Source: Tubiluchus corallicola
Taxonomy: Eukaryota > Animalia > Priapulida
DNA: 64,000 nt
Direction: 5' to 3'
Assembly (NCBI GenBank): GCA_030141605.1
Contig: JAQGDQ010000046.1
Coordinates: 372,001 to 436,000, forward strand
The position numbers and the translations under genes are program-made. The notes below the pieces were generated by a model. That model was not told where the DNA came from, did no database searches, and was given only the letters and a program-made list of their open reading frames with translations. Positions 25,543 through 38,807 of the stretch are shown here, piece by piece (position 1 is the first letter of the stretch; every line of letters begins with the position of its first letter).

Positions 25543-27133
25543 ATGGACTCGCTGTGTAGTTTGACAAACCTAGAGCGAGTTACAAAAGCGTTTTTGTTTG
25601 TCACATCCGCCTGGTTTTTGTTCAGCGTAATCATTGAATTAAACAGTATCTCACAAAATTCGGTTCCTGTTTTCTCTTATGCTACGAAACAACGGATAAC
25701 GTTAGCGTGAGTTTATTTTGTGTTATTTTTAACTTATTTTATAATAATGGAGAGGAAAAGCGTATAAAGTGTATTACATGTGTCAGTTGTATATTTATCA
25801 TCTGACTGCATTAGGGTTTTTATTGTTTGTATGGGTTGTTTTACAGTATTAGGTGTAATATTGTCAAACTGCAAATGGTTCGTCATTTTGTTATTTTTTG
25901 TAAATAATTTCAGTTAAACCAGCGAATATATTATCCGCAAGAGAAAAGCGAATACAAACATCTCTGTTTGAACTAGAGCAACAAAAGACTAAGCACAATC
26001 GCGGCACACGTAAAAAGTATGTAGATTACTGTAATGACAGGTAATGGAAGAATAAACCGCTGCGTAGCCGATTTTGGGGCCTGAGTTTACATTTTACATA
26101 ATTTATTAATGCACACAAACAGTTTCTGCATAACCATCATATCTATATATAATCTTGTTATTGTTGCTGAAGTTATTATTAAATAAAAATATCAAGTTTT
26201 GAATTAGTGATATTAGGCCTGACATACTACGTTTCCTTTTTCAGAATTAATGATTCCCAAATGGACACTGGTGAAAATTTGCATACAGAACAGCCACCGT
26301 GCCCTAAACAACCACCTGGCCTTACGGGAGCATTTAAACCTGTCATTAAGGAAGACGTGGTCCGTGGCAAACTACGTACCTTGAAGCGACTAACTGGGGG
26401 TGTTTACCACCCTCCTAACTGTACTGCACAACAATCTGTTGTAATTGTTGTTCCATATAGAGACAGAGAGAGTCATCTGTTGACTCTTCTTGCAAATCTA
26501 CACCCACTGCTGCAGAAACAGCAAAGGAGTTATCGTATCGTCGTCGCTGAACAAGAAGGTAACGAAACTTTCAACAAAGGCGTGATAATGAATGCTGCGT
26601 TTGTTGAAGCTAAAAAGCTTAGTCAGTTTGAATGTGTGATATTTCACGATGTTGACCTTATTCCTGAGAATGATAAGAACATATACAAATGTGTGGAACA
26701 ACCTTATCACATGTCCTATGTTATCAACAGGACTGGCACTTATAAAGTTGGCTATCGCGCCTTGGTAGGTGGTGTTTTAGCATTTAAAAAACAGCACTTC
26801 GAATTGGTGAACGGTTACTCGAACGAATTTTGGGGTTGGGGTGGAGAAGATGATGATATGGAAATGAGAATAAAATACTCCAAACTTCAAGTCAAACGGC
26901 CATCCAAACAAGAAGGACGGTATCATATGCTAAGGCACGTTAAAAGACCACCTTCCGGTTTAAAAAAAAAATTATTTAAAACATCAATGTTCAGACTAAA
27001 AACTGATGGCCTTAACAAGTTAAATTATACTGTGGTGTCGCTTTCCGAAGAGCCGCTTTATACGTATCTGTTAGTGAGGATTGAAATAAAATCACCTATC
27101 AAATGTGATGAGAAATGTATTTTAGCAACTTAA
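25543..27133 (+). CDS. GT7-family beta-1,4-N-acetylgalactosaminyl/galactosyltransferase (bre-4/B4GALT-like), type II membrane, about 350 aa
   Basis: Exon 25543-25706 (MDSL...AFLFVTSAWFLFSVII TM anchor, donor GC|GTGAGT, phase 2) joins in frame to exon 26245-27133. Motifs: VVPYRDRESHL, FNKG, FHDVD, NGYSNEFWGWGGEDDD, YHMLRH. An extra stem exon near 25914-26040 cannot be excluded. Confidence 0.92.
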
Positions 27134-27349
27134 TGTGACATTGGACGTTGAACGGTGATTATGCTCTGCATCTCAAAAATGGATTTTAATTTATATCCTT
27201 ACTTAGAACTTGACAAAGGACCGAGTTTGAAAAAGAGAACATGCACTTATTTTTCAGTCAGGACCTGGTGTTGTTGTCTCTCTCATTTTAATATCATTAT
27301 AACTACGTGTTACACTGCTGCGACTGCAAGCCAAACTAGTTACCAATGA

Positions 27350-27720
27350 GATGAAGAAAAGGCCCTAATGTTCACCACCTAGTCTGGTCAAAATAAAGTA
27401 GGCCTATGACCAAGGCAAAAATAGTGTAACGCTAAATTTTTACACAGACATTCAGAAAATCGCCAAGAATAACATATTGAAAAGCACCTAAAGTCCATTT
27501 TAGGGAAAAAAAGTTATAGGCTTTAAATTCAAAGTGGCCTCTGATGCAGTTTCAGGTCAAAATAATTCAACCTAGCACTTTGGACAACTGGTGTAAAAGC
27601 ATACAATGATCTATCAGAAAAACAGTTTTTCAAAGTCATTCAAAGTCATTTTGTTTCAAAATGCTCGCCAATGCAGCTTAAAGGTCAAAATAACTCAACC
27701 AGGATTCTAGGAAGTCTTTG
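27350..27720. repeat. Degenerate interspersed repeat with internal GGTCAAAATAA subrepeats
   Basis: GGTCAAAATAA recurs near 27386, 27555 and 27683; the last two copies continue (TT/CT)CAACC. Confidence 0.4.
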
Positions 27721-29146
27721 AGATGTACAGTATTTGCTTATTATCTTATCACGGGCACATGTAAGTAGAATGACGTAAACCCCTAAACAGTTCTGACTGA
27801 AATTAGAAACTTGTAATTATAAATTCGAAAAAAACGAAAATTGAAGCATGTAAGAAATTGAATTAAAAGTACCCTCAGGTGTCCTCAAAATGCTGTGAAA
27901 TGTAGAAAAAATACAAAGAAAATCTTTTTGATTATTGTAGTCACTCATCATCTCCTAATATCTTCAAGTAAGTTGATTAAATTATCTTTTAAGTAACAAT
28001 TCAAGGTCTATGAAGGCACTTTAACTACTTATTTATTCCAACCAAAATAAGTTGTCCTAGAACGCAAAAAACTACCTCCAAGTGCAGTAAAATGCACCTG
28101 CTCCCTCAAATCAGCTAGCTGCTCGTTAGGCCCTTGAGTAAAATGTCACCGCCAACATAATTTAGGCACTGATTGGTTTGATTTTAAAGCTGCTTTGGCG
28201 GCCATTTTGAAACAAAAGTGACAGAATAAACTTGAAACACTATTTTTCCGATAGACCATATGTACTTTTATTTCAGCTGGTAATACATTAATGCAGTCTA
28301 AAATTCTATTTGAGTTATTTTGATTACGAAGCTGCTTCGATAGACATTTAGAATTCAAAGCCCATAACTTTGTCCCTGGATGAACTCCACGGAATATGTT
28401 ACACTAGACACCTGAGCGAAAATTCAGCGTTACACTATCTCCGGGTGATACGTTTATTTGGTGTAATTTGACAGAACTAACAGGGTCTGTAACCTTTAGC
28501 ATTGTCACAGGTCAAAGCACCTGCGTGTATCGCATTTCTAAAATAATATTCTTTGTCTTCTGGAATTTTCAAGGTAGGCTCAACATTTTGCGCATGCTAT
28601 GGCTACACTTGTTGTGTTCGGAAAAATTGGCAGAAAAAAATCTAAAACAAAAATATCACACGGCCAAAGCGGACAAAAGACATAGATTCGAAAGAATATG
28701 GAACTATGAATGCTGTAACGTTCGTTCCCTAAATAAACTTTTGCCGCTATGTGATTTCTCTGATAAAGATCAATGGGAGATGATGAGTGACTACAATGTG
28801 TGCTTGGCAACCGAAATTAAGCATATGTAGGCCTGAGTAGTTGAAAGATGTGTAATTCCCAGAAAGTCGCTCAAGTGTGGCTTTATGTGTCATACAATCT
28901 CTGGGCAGTTGGAGCACACCGTCCGAATGTGGCCAAGATTCAATGTCTAATCTTAGCAGACTATGTCTGACAATTAAGCTATGTCGCGGTCCTGCCACAA
29001 TCATTTATATTAAGTAGGTTTTACAGCTGAGTACCAAACTAGATAAAAACAAACATTTTTACAGGGAATTTAAGATGCTGTAGATTTTCTATTCCTGAAA
29101 ACTCCCTCATTTATCTTTTATTTTTTTAGAACAAGTTACTTTGGAA

Positions 29147-29254
29147 GAGGCGAAGCCAGCTTCACAAAGCCATCGTTATTAATAGTTTATTCAGCGTAAT
29201 TTAGTGAAAGCCGTCACTAAGTTAACTTAGTGACGGCTTTGTGAAACCGGCCTC
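29147..29254. mobile_element. MITE-like element with terminal inverted repeats and a perfect 34-bp palindrome
   Basis: TIR pair GCCAGCTTCACAAAGCC / GGCTTTGTGAAACCGGC (15/17 match). Perfect palindrome AAAGCCGTCACTAAGTT|AACTTAGTGACGGCTTT at 29207-29240. Confidence 0.65.
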
Positions 29255-29279
29255 AGATTCGGTTCAATAAAAATCATTT

Positions 29280-32200
29280 CTATACAATATCATTGGCATC
29301 AATATACAGTACATCATCAGCATCATGAAGATAATAGCAGTCATCATCATGTTTGCTTCTTACAGCTGCAACTCTAAGCTTTCCTTTGCGTTTTCGGGGA
29401 CGACGACGTCGCCCAGTTGCAACCACATTGTCGTCATTACCTACAGCGATCATTCCTCGTGTTTTACTTCCGGATACGGCTACATCGTCTTCTCCTTTGT
29501 TTGTAACTACAACACGTCTTCTGGTTCCAGCAATAACTCCTCCTTCGTTGCCAAGAGCTTCAGCAACAAGAAGTGTTTCCAAAAGGTCATCGTCGTCATT
29601 TGCATCACTTCCTCCTGTTTCCAAAACTCTCCGTGCTCCCGTACGTTTCCTCCCTCGACGTCGCTTAGCAATGACTACGTTGTCATCATCACCAGTAACA
29701 ATAATGGCATCACTGTTCTTGTTATCGGACCTATTACTTGTTGTTCCAGCCACCACTGCATTGTTATTCTTTATTACTTGCGAAGCAATAAGGGTTTTCG
29801 TAAGGAAATCTTTATCATTCTCTTTCTCATCTAAAATCTTTGAAGCCACTAAAGTATTGATTAATGCCTCGTTTCTATCGTCCTCTCGATCGTTTATCAA
29901 CGTTGAAGCAGCAAGTGTTCTTCCAAGGGTTCTGCGCCGGATTGCCTCTAACGCGAGTGGACTATTTCCAGCGGTACGACTATTAGACCGTCCTCTGATT
30001 CTGCTTCGCAATCGCCCACGCCCACCAATAACCTACAACACAGACATTGCATTCAGAGATTTCAGTAATTTCATAAAAGTTAAATTTAATATATTTAAAC
30101 GAATCAAAAACTGATAAACGGTAACGCTCAGAATCTCCTCCTTAATTCCAAATATAATTCGCTTCTAGTCTCTATAGATTAATAATTGTACATTAGCTAT
30201 GTCATTTAACCTGTGTGTGCAAAGTCACTGGCGCAAATCTAAGCTTAGCACGGATTTTTTTTTTATTTTCTCGTTTTCTTCATATGGATTCGGATTTTCT
30301 TATGGAAAATTGGATGTAGTTTAAACCATTGTTAATCATAAAATTAAGAACATAAACAATAATCTCCCTTAATATTGCTTATCCTGCTTTAACTAGTACC
30401 TATACCTAGTGTATCCTGAACCTGATATATCTGCACTAGATGCCCTATATGCTATCTCATCTTGTCTTATCCTACAGCCTACTACGACAATAAGATACCT
30501 AATTACATAGCACAGTGAACAGTGCAGAAATTCAGTAATGTCCGCTTATAGATCCTATTTGTCACACAGATTACCCAGAATTGAACGATTCTCATCTAAT
30601 AAACGTCCGGACTAGATAGCATCTTTGCGGAACGTTATAAACATGCGTGAGATAATTGTGTGCTGCTGTTATCCATGTGTTTTAATGCATGGATTAATTT
30701 TTTTTATTGTACATATATTTAAATGTTGCTGTGGGAAGCCAACTCGTAGATTATAGCTCTATTTTTGACACAGTAAGCCACAAAGACATAATTACTGCAC
30801 TTTGTAATTGATTATAATATGGATATGTAGTTATTTAACAAACCATCTCAGCAAGTAAAAATTGACGAAATTCGGTTTGATGTTATGAACATAAACATCG
30901 GAACGGCACAAGGCGGTGTAGTAGCTGCTATATTATTCAATTTGTACGAATAGTATTGTAGCATTTGGAATCAACAGCAAACTTATCAAATTTGCCCATG
31001 ACACTACTTTTCTTAAAAGTGTTAAGTGAACATTTTTTGCCTTATCAATATGAAGTCGTGTCAGTATCAAATTCATTAAATAAATATCATCGTTAACAAA
31101 TTTCAATCTCCTTTGTTACCAAAATTACATTAGTGAAATAAAAGAGGCTTTCTATTCATCCTGCCAAAAGTGAGAACAAATATAATAGTTTTATACCATC
31201 AGCTGTTCTGCTTAACAGTTAACATCAACAGTTAACAATTCCATAAGTTATAACTGTTGTAAAATACATTGATTAATTTTTAAGTGTATAATGCTTTCAT
31301 GTAATTTTAGGCCTGTATTGTATTTGTAATCTTTTAACTGCATGTGCATGTGTATATATAGGCATATAGATTGTGTAATTTTTAAATTAATTTGTTGTAA
31401 CACTGAAGCGCATTTTTAGTGCAGTAATTAAATCTTATCGTCATTTGTTTTTAATATAGTCGCTAAGTGTGATCGTCTAACTTTGCTGTTGTCATGCCGG
31501 TGAAAAATCGAGATGGTGCGAAGCCGGCTGCTTTTACAACAAATTTAACGAGTTTAATTGCTTCTTCTGGTAAAACAAAGCTTTAGACGGCTTACTGAGC
31601 TTACGTGAAACAAAATAACAAAAGAAACAAACAAAACAGCAGAATATTCATAAATATACATGGCCATGCCCATGGACATTCAAAAAATACTTAATGCAAT
31701 CTACCTTTACCCCGTTACCCAAACATGCAAAGGCATCTTCTAGTCCAATATTGTAAGAGGAGTTCAGCGACAAAGTAATTTGCTCTGATTTTCACATTTT
31801 GGATCCTATCGATGCGATCTTTAAACCGGAGATCATCTTCCTGTACCATTCTATGAGAACCTGTCACAAGTGTCTATCCTGTAGGTTTCATGATTCTAGC
31901 TGTTATATTTATGCCGTTATTGACATGATCCCATTTTAGCACTTTTGCCCGTGTCGAATTTAAACTATACTACAAAACAATTAATTTAAATTATATTTTA
32001 GAGAGTAAAAGGTGCTTCAAATCTCCTTTAAAGCTGTATGCCTATCGCATTTTTGAGAAATAGTGTGTGAAGCTAATATCCACTTTTACATTTCGACATT
32101 AAGCAAAATGATTTTGTCAGTTCGCTAATCTCTACAAAATTAAATTAATTTCTATTTATGCCTTAAACTGGTTTGAACGTGATAATGTAAAAACACTACT

Positions 32201-33021
32201 GATAGTAAAATTAATTATTTCGCAATTGTCCGAAAACTCGCTGTATGGTCAAGTTGCGTGCTTTGTTACGAAGAAAAGCAGCACAAGATCTAGTTAATAA
32301 GTACAAGGGTAACCTATCATGGTCGCTGGTCAAAACATTAGTTCTGATTTCACTAAAAAGAAATGCAATTTCTAATTAACCAAGCATGCGAATTCAATGG
32401 AGGCCATATTATCCCCGACAGAGCCTCGAGTACAGACCACGGGTGAAAAAGTGACAAGTTCTGATTGTAGTGATACTTTTTAAGTCAATCACAACAGCAG
32501 GCCTACTTATATACATGTTTTAAATATTGTGAAAAAATATTTGGAAATATTTCACAGAAACTGTCGTTTAAGGCATTTGCTTTCACAGAAGCGAAATCTT
32601 ATCACAGTGTTGCATTGCACAGTCAAAAACGGTCACTAGTCTGATTTCCTTTTGCTCTTTAAGTGTCGTTTGTACGATTATGTTAATTTTTATGTATTTT
32701 TCTTGTATGTTACAAACATCATCTACTTGTGTGCCAAACTTTAACTGATTTGTGCCAATACTGTTTTTAGTTCCAAGAATTAGCAAGATTATTTCAGACA
32801 AGACCTATGATTTTTTTTACTCCAACTGCAACACTTAGCCTATAACACTAACTTAATACCGAAGTGTAAAGAATGTGCAAAATGTTGCACTTGGAATAAA
32901 AAAATCATTTATGTGTAGGCCCTACAAAATCACGTAACTGGTATGTATAACATATAGCAATAGCATATGCGTACAGGATAATTAGGACTGTTGCACAAAA
33001 GGATTTGGTGATGATGGTGAC

Positions 33022-33062
<41 letters not shown>

Positions 33063-34002
33063 CGAAACAACAACAATAACGATTTCAATAATGATGATAG
33101 CGATTATGGCGATAATGGCGATGATTGTGGTGATGATGAAAACGGTGTTGTTTGTAATTTTCGTGCTTTGTTTGAGCTTTGTAACGTAGTACTATAGGCC
33201 CGGCTGTCTTTTAGCACTCAGAATCATTAATAACATAATAAAAGATTATCAAAGCTTACCCTGACAGCTTCACCTTCTTGAACATGTGTTACTGAAAAAA
33301 AGAAAAAACACACTAAAATCATACAAGTCTCACATTCCAAAAATAATAAAATAAAATCGCTTGAAATAAGATTAACCGTTTGAACCAGTAACAAAACTGT
33401 GCTAATCCATATGATGATGAACATGAAATCGAAAACGACTACATTAAACAGAACCTCAGCAGACTGAAAAATAAAACACATTATTGATAAAATACATACA
33501 TACAAATTCCATAAATAAAACGACGAGGAAAAAAGTGGATTTAGGCTATAAGCAGTGTTTTTATAAATATATTTAGAAATGTCTGGAGTAAGCCTATGAA
33601 AAACAGCAAGAATACGAATAAGATACTACAATGAACAAGGTATTGTTGGGTTGATCGCAAATCAGACCCAACAGTGATTTTAATTTCATACATTTTCGTG
33701 TGAAACTTTTTTTACGAGTAATATTTTATTCCTTTACGCTTTCCGTTCTTGAACATATAAGGTTAGCTTTAGTTACTGTGGCAATTATTTCACATAAAAA
33801 TTTTAAAAAGACTATTAAATCCGGCATTGAGTGTCGTGTCTTAAAAGTTATATTAAGATATTTATGAGTTAAAAATGAGAAAACAATTGAATAAAAATTT
33901 TGTTTGCAACACATTCGTACAGTATGATACGAAATTTGTATACTCACGTATGAAGACTGTCACAGTATATAATAAAAACAAGTTAAAAGAGGGCCTAAGC
34001 AT
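29280..34002 (-). CDS. Secreted protein A (279 aa): Arg-rich N-terminus, alternating basic/acidic blocks; member of the local secreted-peptide family
   Basis: Exon1 34002-33948 (MLRPSFNLFLLYTVTVFI, phase 1, GTGAGT), exon2 33291-33260 (LTHVQEGEAVR, phase 0, GTAAG), exon3 30032-29280 (VIGGRGRLRSRIRGRS...DANDIV*, in frame with ORF 29280..30011). TATAAA and TCAGT initiator upstream. Confidence 0.8.
32234..32600 (+). repeat. Interspersed repeat, copy 1 (non-autonomous TE-like; paired with 52733-53125)
   Basis: Colinear shared blocks AAACTCGCTG, TATGGTCAAGTTG, AGTTCTGATTT, CGAATTCAATGGAG, GTGAAAAAGTG-CAAGTTC-GATT, CACAACAG, AAGGCAT...TCACAGAAG. Confidence 0.8.
33008..33140. repeat. (GAT)n microsatellite in intron 2 of gene A
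   Basis: Pure GAT run 33022-33063 with degenerate flanks. Confidence 0.95.
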
Positions 34003-34011
34003 CTTTATGAA

Positions 34012-34051
34012 GTGACTGAAATTGTGTTTTCTCACTTTGCATGGATTTATA
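34012..34051 (-). promoter_or_regulatory. TATA box plus initiator of secreted gene A
   Basis: Minus-strand TATAAA at 34051-34046 and TTTCAGTCAC about 27-30 nt downstream, just ahead of the ATG at 34002. Confidence 0.6.
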
Positions 34052-34794
34052 AGCGCCGCGTCGTTATTTATGTCAGTAGACGTTACCCTTACTCTGTAAG
34101 AAGCCTCATATTGAAAATTAGTTTATCAATCTTTCTCGTGCAGCATATTACCTGCATAACACAATTTTATTTAGGTTAGCTTATTAGAGCCACCATGTCC
34201 ACCTTAATTGTGAACAGGTTCACTTTATTAGAGTATTGTGAACATGCAGTTTAGCCTACATAAGAAACTAATACAAATTTAGCTTTGATTAGATCTTAAT
34301 TTAACTAGTTACATTAATTAGGCTAATAAAAAGGGGTTTGGTCGTCACAACTCTCCTACTCAATATTCATTAAGATATTTTCTTACTCAGTTTTCTTTTG
34401 TGGACCACGAAAAAATTAGTATATTCGTTACCGTGGATCAGTTTGTGATAAGCTTAGTGTGCTTGCAGGCGTACGCTAAGTAGCTGAATCAAATACTGTT
34501 TAATCATGCCTAGCAAATGTTGAATGTACTTATAATTTTACGAAGTAGTTATTATTTGTCGAGTTTTTTCTTTAGTATCTTCTGTCTATAAGCCAGGTTC
34601 AGAAAATTAGACTAAAATAACGTAGTCACAAGAAGACATCAATACAAAAATAAAACTCCTACTATCAGATTTTAATTTTAGTTTTTTCCCATTGTATGTA
34701 CACGGAAATCTCATTGAATTGTTCCCTCTCTGTATTGTGTTTGCTTAATTTTCATAATTAATCAATATCGATTATCGGAACTTTAGTTTTCTTC

Positions 34795-35108
<314 letters not shown>

Positions 35109-36726
35109 ATGTCTTATTTCCTTATTTGTTAGCACAGTTCTTTAATACATTGATAATATTGCCAACATACCTGTATTATATATCAATGTACGTTACAATA
35201 GGTCTATTGAAATTTCATAACATTATTTAATATTAATTCTCCACGGCGCTACATGCAAAATTTTTGTTAATGCGAAACACTTTGCGTAAAACTATTTACA
35301 CAATATTTTCATGCGAAAATTTTCAACTGCTGCAGATTCATTGGGCCTGCTAGAATAATAAAATTCTGCTTTAATGTCTCTTCTCTGTCTGTGAAACCAC
35401 TGTTTATATATCTAAACTGAGTACGCTTTTCTTCAATAGAAAATACTAAGAAAGAACAGAAAATAATATGTTCCACCAAGAAGCCACATTGAACCCGTAC
35501 ATGTGCAGGGCTCAAAAACAAGTATAGTACTCAATAACTGTCAATTAGTAACATTTTTTAAAGCTTTCCTAGCTATTGAGAGACACATCGCATTAAAAAT
35601 TTTCTGCCAATGGGTGGACCGGGCCGAAACCAATGGATATCGAAGACTTGAACTGCGAAAAAGCTTAGTCCTCAATCAGCGTTGATTTGTCAACATTTGA
35701 CTTTATTACTAAACAACTAAATCGGAAAGCGTCAGCACAACCGTAAAAACTGTGTTTATTTTCTAAGTAAGAGATTAAGCATTATAATCATTTTTGTAAA
35801 CTGGCAAAAATCTATAATGTATAATTTTGAGTTTAAGCCAAGTTACCCGTAAATTTTTGAGATGCAAGTGTGAAACTAATTTCGTTGTTTAGTTAGTACG
35901 AATATTGTAACAATCAACTTAAAATCTGGGTAGCGTTGAGGGTAAGATTTTTTAAAGGCTAACAAAATATGCTATATTTAAGTAGCATTCCTTCTTGATT
36001 TCTGTTTGTGCTACAAAGTTACAATATTTCTGGAGCCTTTAACTCACAAAATTAAGGAGGCGTATTTTTGCCTGTTTATTTTAAATTTTCTAACGTTATT
36101 TTGTGGGAAATATTGATCCAGTAAAATAAACAAAAATCTACTTTGCAATAAATAATTCTTCTAGCTGTTTGTGCACTGGTGGTCGTTCCATTCCTGCGTA
36201 AAATTAATGTCTGTCTGTTTAAAATGACGAAATTAGAAAGCTATTTGCACGTGGTCTAATGTTATTTTAACGATTTAACTCGTTCCTTTAAATGAAACAA
36301 ACAGTAACCTACTGGACTATTTCTCCAAACGGTGAAAGAGGTTTGTAAGTGATTTATCGAGACATGGCCTCTTCTAGTTAGTGTTGAAAACAACTTATCA
36401 ATAAAATACTGCGCGATGCATGGGTACATCATGAATTCATAATGAGCCACAAACAAGTTATCAGTTATACACTTTTAGCTTTAATGCGATGCTGCATAAT
36501 TTGATGTGCAATATGAATACCTGGATATTGTCTGTGATTATGATATGTTGGAACAGGGTATTAAGTGCTCAGTGGTCAGCTTATATGGATTTTTTAAACA
36601 GACAGTTTTATTATATATTTATAGTAACACTTTTTTTATTTCTGATTGTTAATTATTGTAAATGTATTTTAAGAATTGGACTTATGTAAAATTTAAATGG
36701 TCCTAGTTAACAGGAAAGATGTTGTA

Positions 36727-36956
36727 GGCCTCTACCCTAGTGGTATGGCTGCCGAACCAAGGGTTGGGGTTCAAATCGCACTCATGGAGGGTTTTTTGTA
36801 CCATATCCCACTCGAATAGAATAAAAGGAAGAAAGGCGGCCAAGTGATAGGCCACTCGTCTGTCGTCCGTATGTGCCGAGGCTACCAAAATAGATGCTGT
36901 ATCCATCTATCCCAACTTCTTCTTCTTTTTCTTCTCTTCCTCCTCCTTCTTCTTCT
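36727..36956 (+). mobile_element. tRNA-derived SINE-like element
   Basis: Head GGCC...CTAGTGGTA (A-box-like) and GGGTTCAAATCGC (B-box), a GC-richer body and a (CTT)n tail. Confidence 0.55.
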
Positions 36957-38722
36957 AATTGACCGAATAATTAAATAAATAAACTGCATGATACATGATA
37001 ACATAATAAATTCAAACGAGCTAAAACTAACTTATGAATGTTGTACTGCATGATGCTTGGACACTATAAATTCAAAATGGGCTAAAAGTAACGATATAAG
37101 GCACGATGCATCCTGCATGCTACCTCATAAATTTATAATACCATTCCTGACGGTAATGTGTTAGTGCAATGTGACGCTATTATCAAATAATTAATGGTGA
37201 ATGTAGTTGTGCATGCATACAAAAACGAGAAATACTGAATAGGGCAGTACACATGTTTTAGTTATATTGTACGAAAAGGAAAACTACCAATAAAGTCAAC
37301 GAGCTGACATAGACTAATATGTTGTCCTTCGCTGTTTTATTGCCCCAAAATTCAAAGAAAGCCGAACTTATCAAGTCCCGTGATTTAAAACCGGCGAAAC
37401 TCGTCCAATGTATTATTTTGACAAGGTAAACAGGATGTGGAGTTAATGCTGATCTCGAGCCATGTGTCTTTAATATACCAGGGTTTGTCTTTTTAGTATC
37501 TCACTTAATGAATTGCATACAATGGTCGATGCCAACTAAACGAGTGCTGGTAACTTTTATAACAATTTTTATAATGGATAAGCAGACGAAAATCTTGGTT
37601 TATAATACAACATTGCTCTGGCATTCATGGAAAGAGTTACTTCATAGCATTGTTAGTTTTTTACATAATGATAAATTCGCTTCCCATCATATTTAGTCCT
37701 ATTGACATCAAGAGTTTAATGTTGCCAAAACAATCAATCAATTAATTACTAGTACCTTAGCCAGTCGGCACCTTCTTCCCTTTTGTGATACTTCGTTTTA
37801 AAAATCAGCTATGAATGAAATGCTGACGCTGACTCCACTTTCACTGACTGTGTCCAGTTTCGCTTGACTAAAAGGTTTCATTATAAAGAATTTTTATTGA
37901 TAATGCTGATCCCCTGATGATGCTAAAGTTTTGCTGACCCACTGTTTTATTTGGCTTAATTGAAAGGCTTTATTGTGAATAATTTGTTACAATACCAAGT
38001 ATGTAAAATGCGTGTAATTATATTTAATCATTTTGAAAATATTAAACGTTGCATTGCTTCCGTTGTCGGTATCATAACACATAGCCTGCTTATTGTGCTT
38101 GATATACTAAACTAACAAAAATAAATGAACATAACAGTGATTTGCTGTCACTTTCAACAGTGTTGTAAAGAAAAATTAATGAAAAAACAATGCAGTTTGT
38201 TTCAACATTTTATTTGACAAAAAATGCTTTTTGTTGTGCAATGCTGAATAATATTTAGCATCCCGTTTCCTGTAAAGTTTAGGTAGCACTATTGAATTTT
38301 TGACAACTGAAAGCAATTTGCTTAATAATTTAACCTGTACGCTGATATGAACTATATACAGTAGGAAGCAAGACAGATGACTGACCTAGCTTAGTTGACA
38401 AACATTTAATTGCCCATATTGATATAAATAATCAAACTCATTTTGGCCTATTAGGTCTCTCCAGCGTGATCTTTTTTCCCGTCTCGCCCCGTCTGCTCTA
38501 AATGGTCCAAGCTCGAAAGTAAAACAATTTCGATAATTTTTTAGAAGTCCTACAGAAAATCTTGTAGAGTTAGAATTCTTGACTCGGCTACCTGCCTACC
38601 TTAATTATATGTACATATTTCCTAACATCACTGAAAGCAGTCAGACAGAACTATGAGAAAATTAGAGGAACTTAGGAAATGCTTCAACAGGCGTAATTAA
38701 CGCACAGGCGTGTCAAGGCAGG

Positions 38723-38730
38723 TATAAATA
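38723..38730 (+). promoter_or_regulatory. TATA box of secreted peptide gene B
   Basis: GTATAAATAGC 85 nt upstream of ATG 38808; the same 11-mer precedes gene C. Confidence 0.65.
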
Positions 38731-38807
38731 GCCCGGGATTTGAAGTGGAGGATTTTTAAACTACATAAACAGGATAACGTTTAGCTGGTAAATATTACAA
38801 GAGAACG

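Noticed and set aside
25914-26040. Extra exon of the GT7 gene
   Set aside because: The best acceptor opens only in phase 1, whereas the upstream donor is phase 2; left out of the model.
29325-30114. Two long + strand ORFs (169 and 253 aa) overlapping gene A
   Set aside because: Antisense shadows of a low-complexity exon; only the minus frame has a matching acceptor, signal-peptide exons and promoter.
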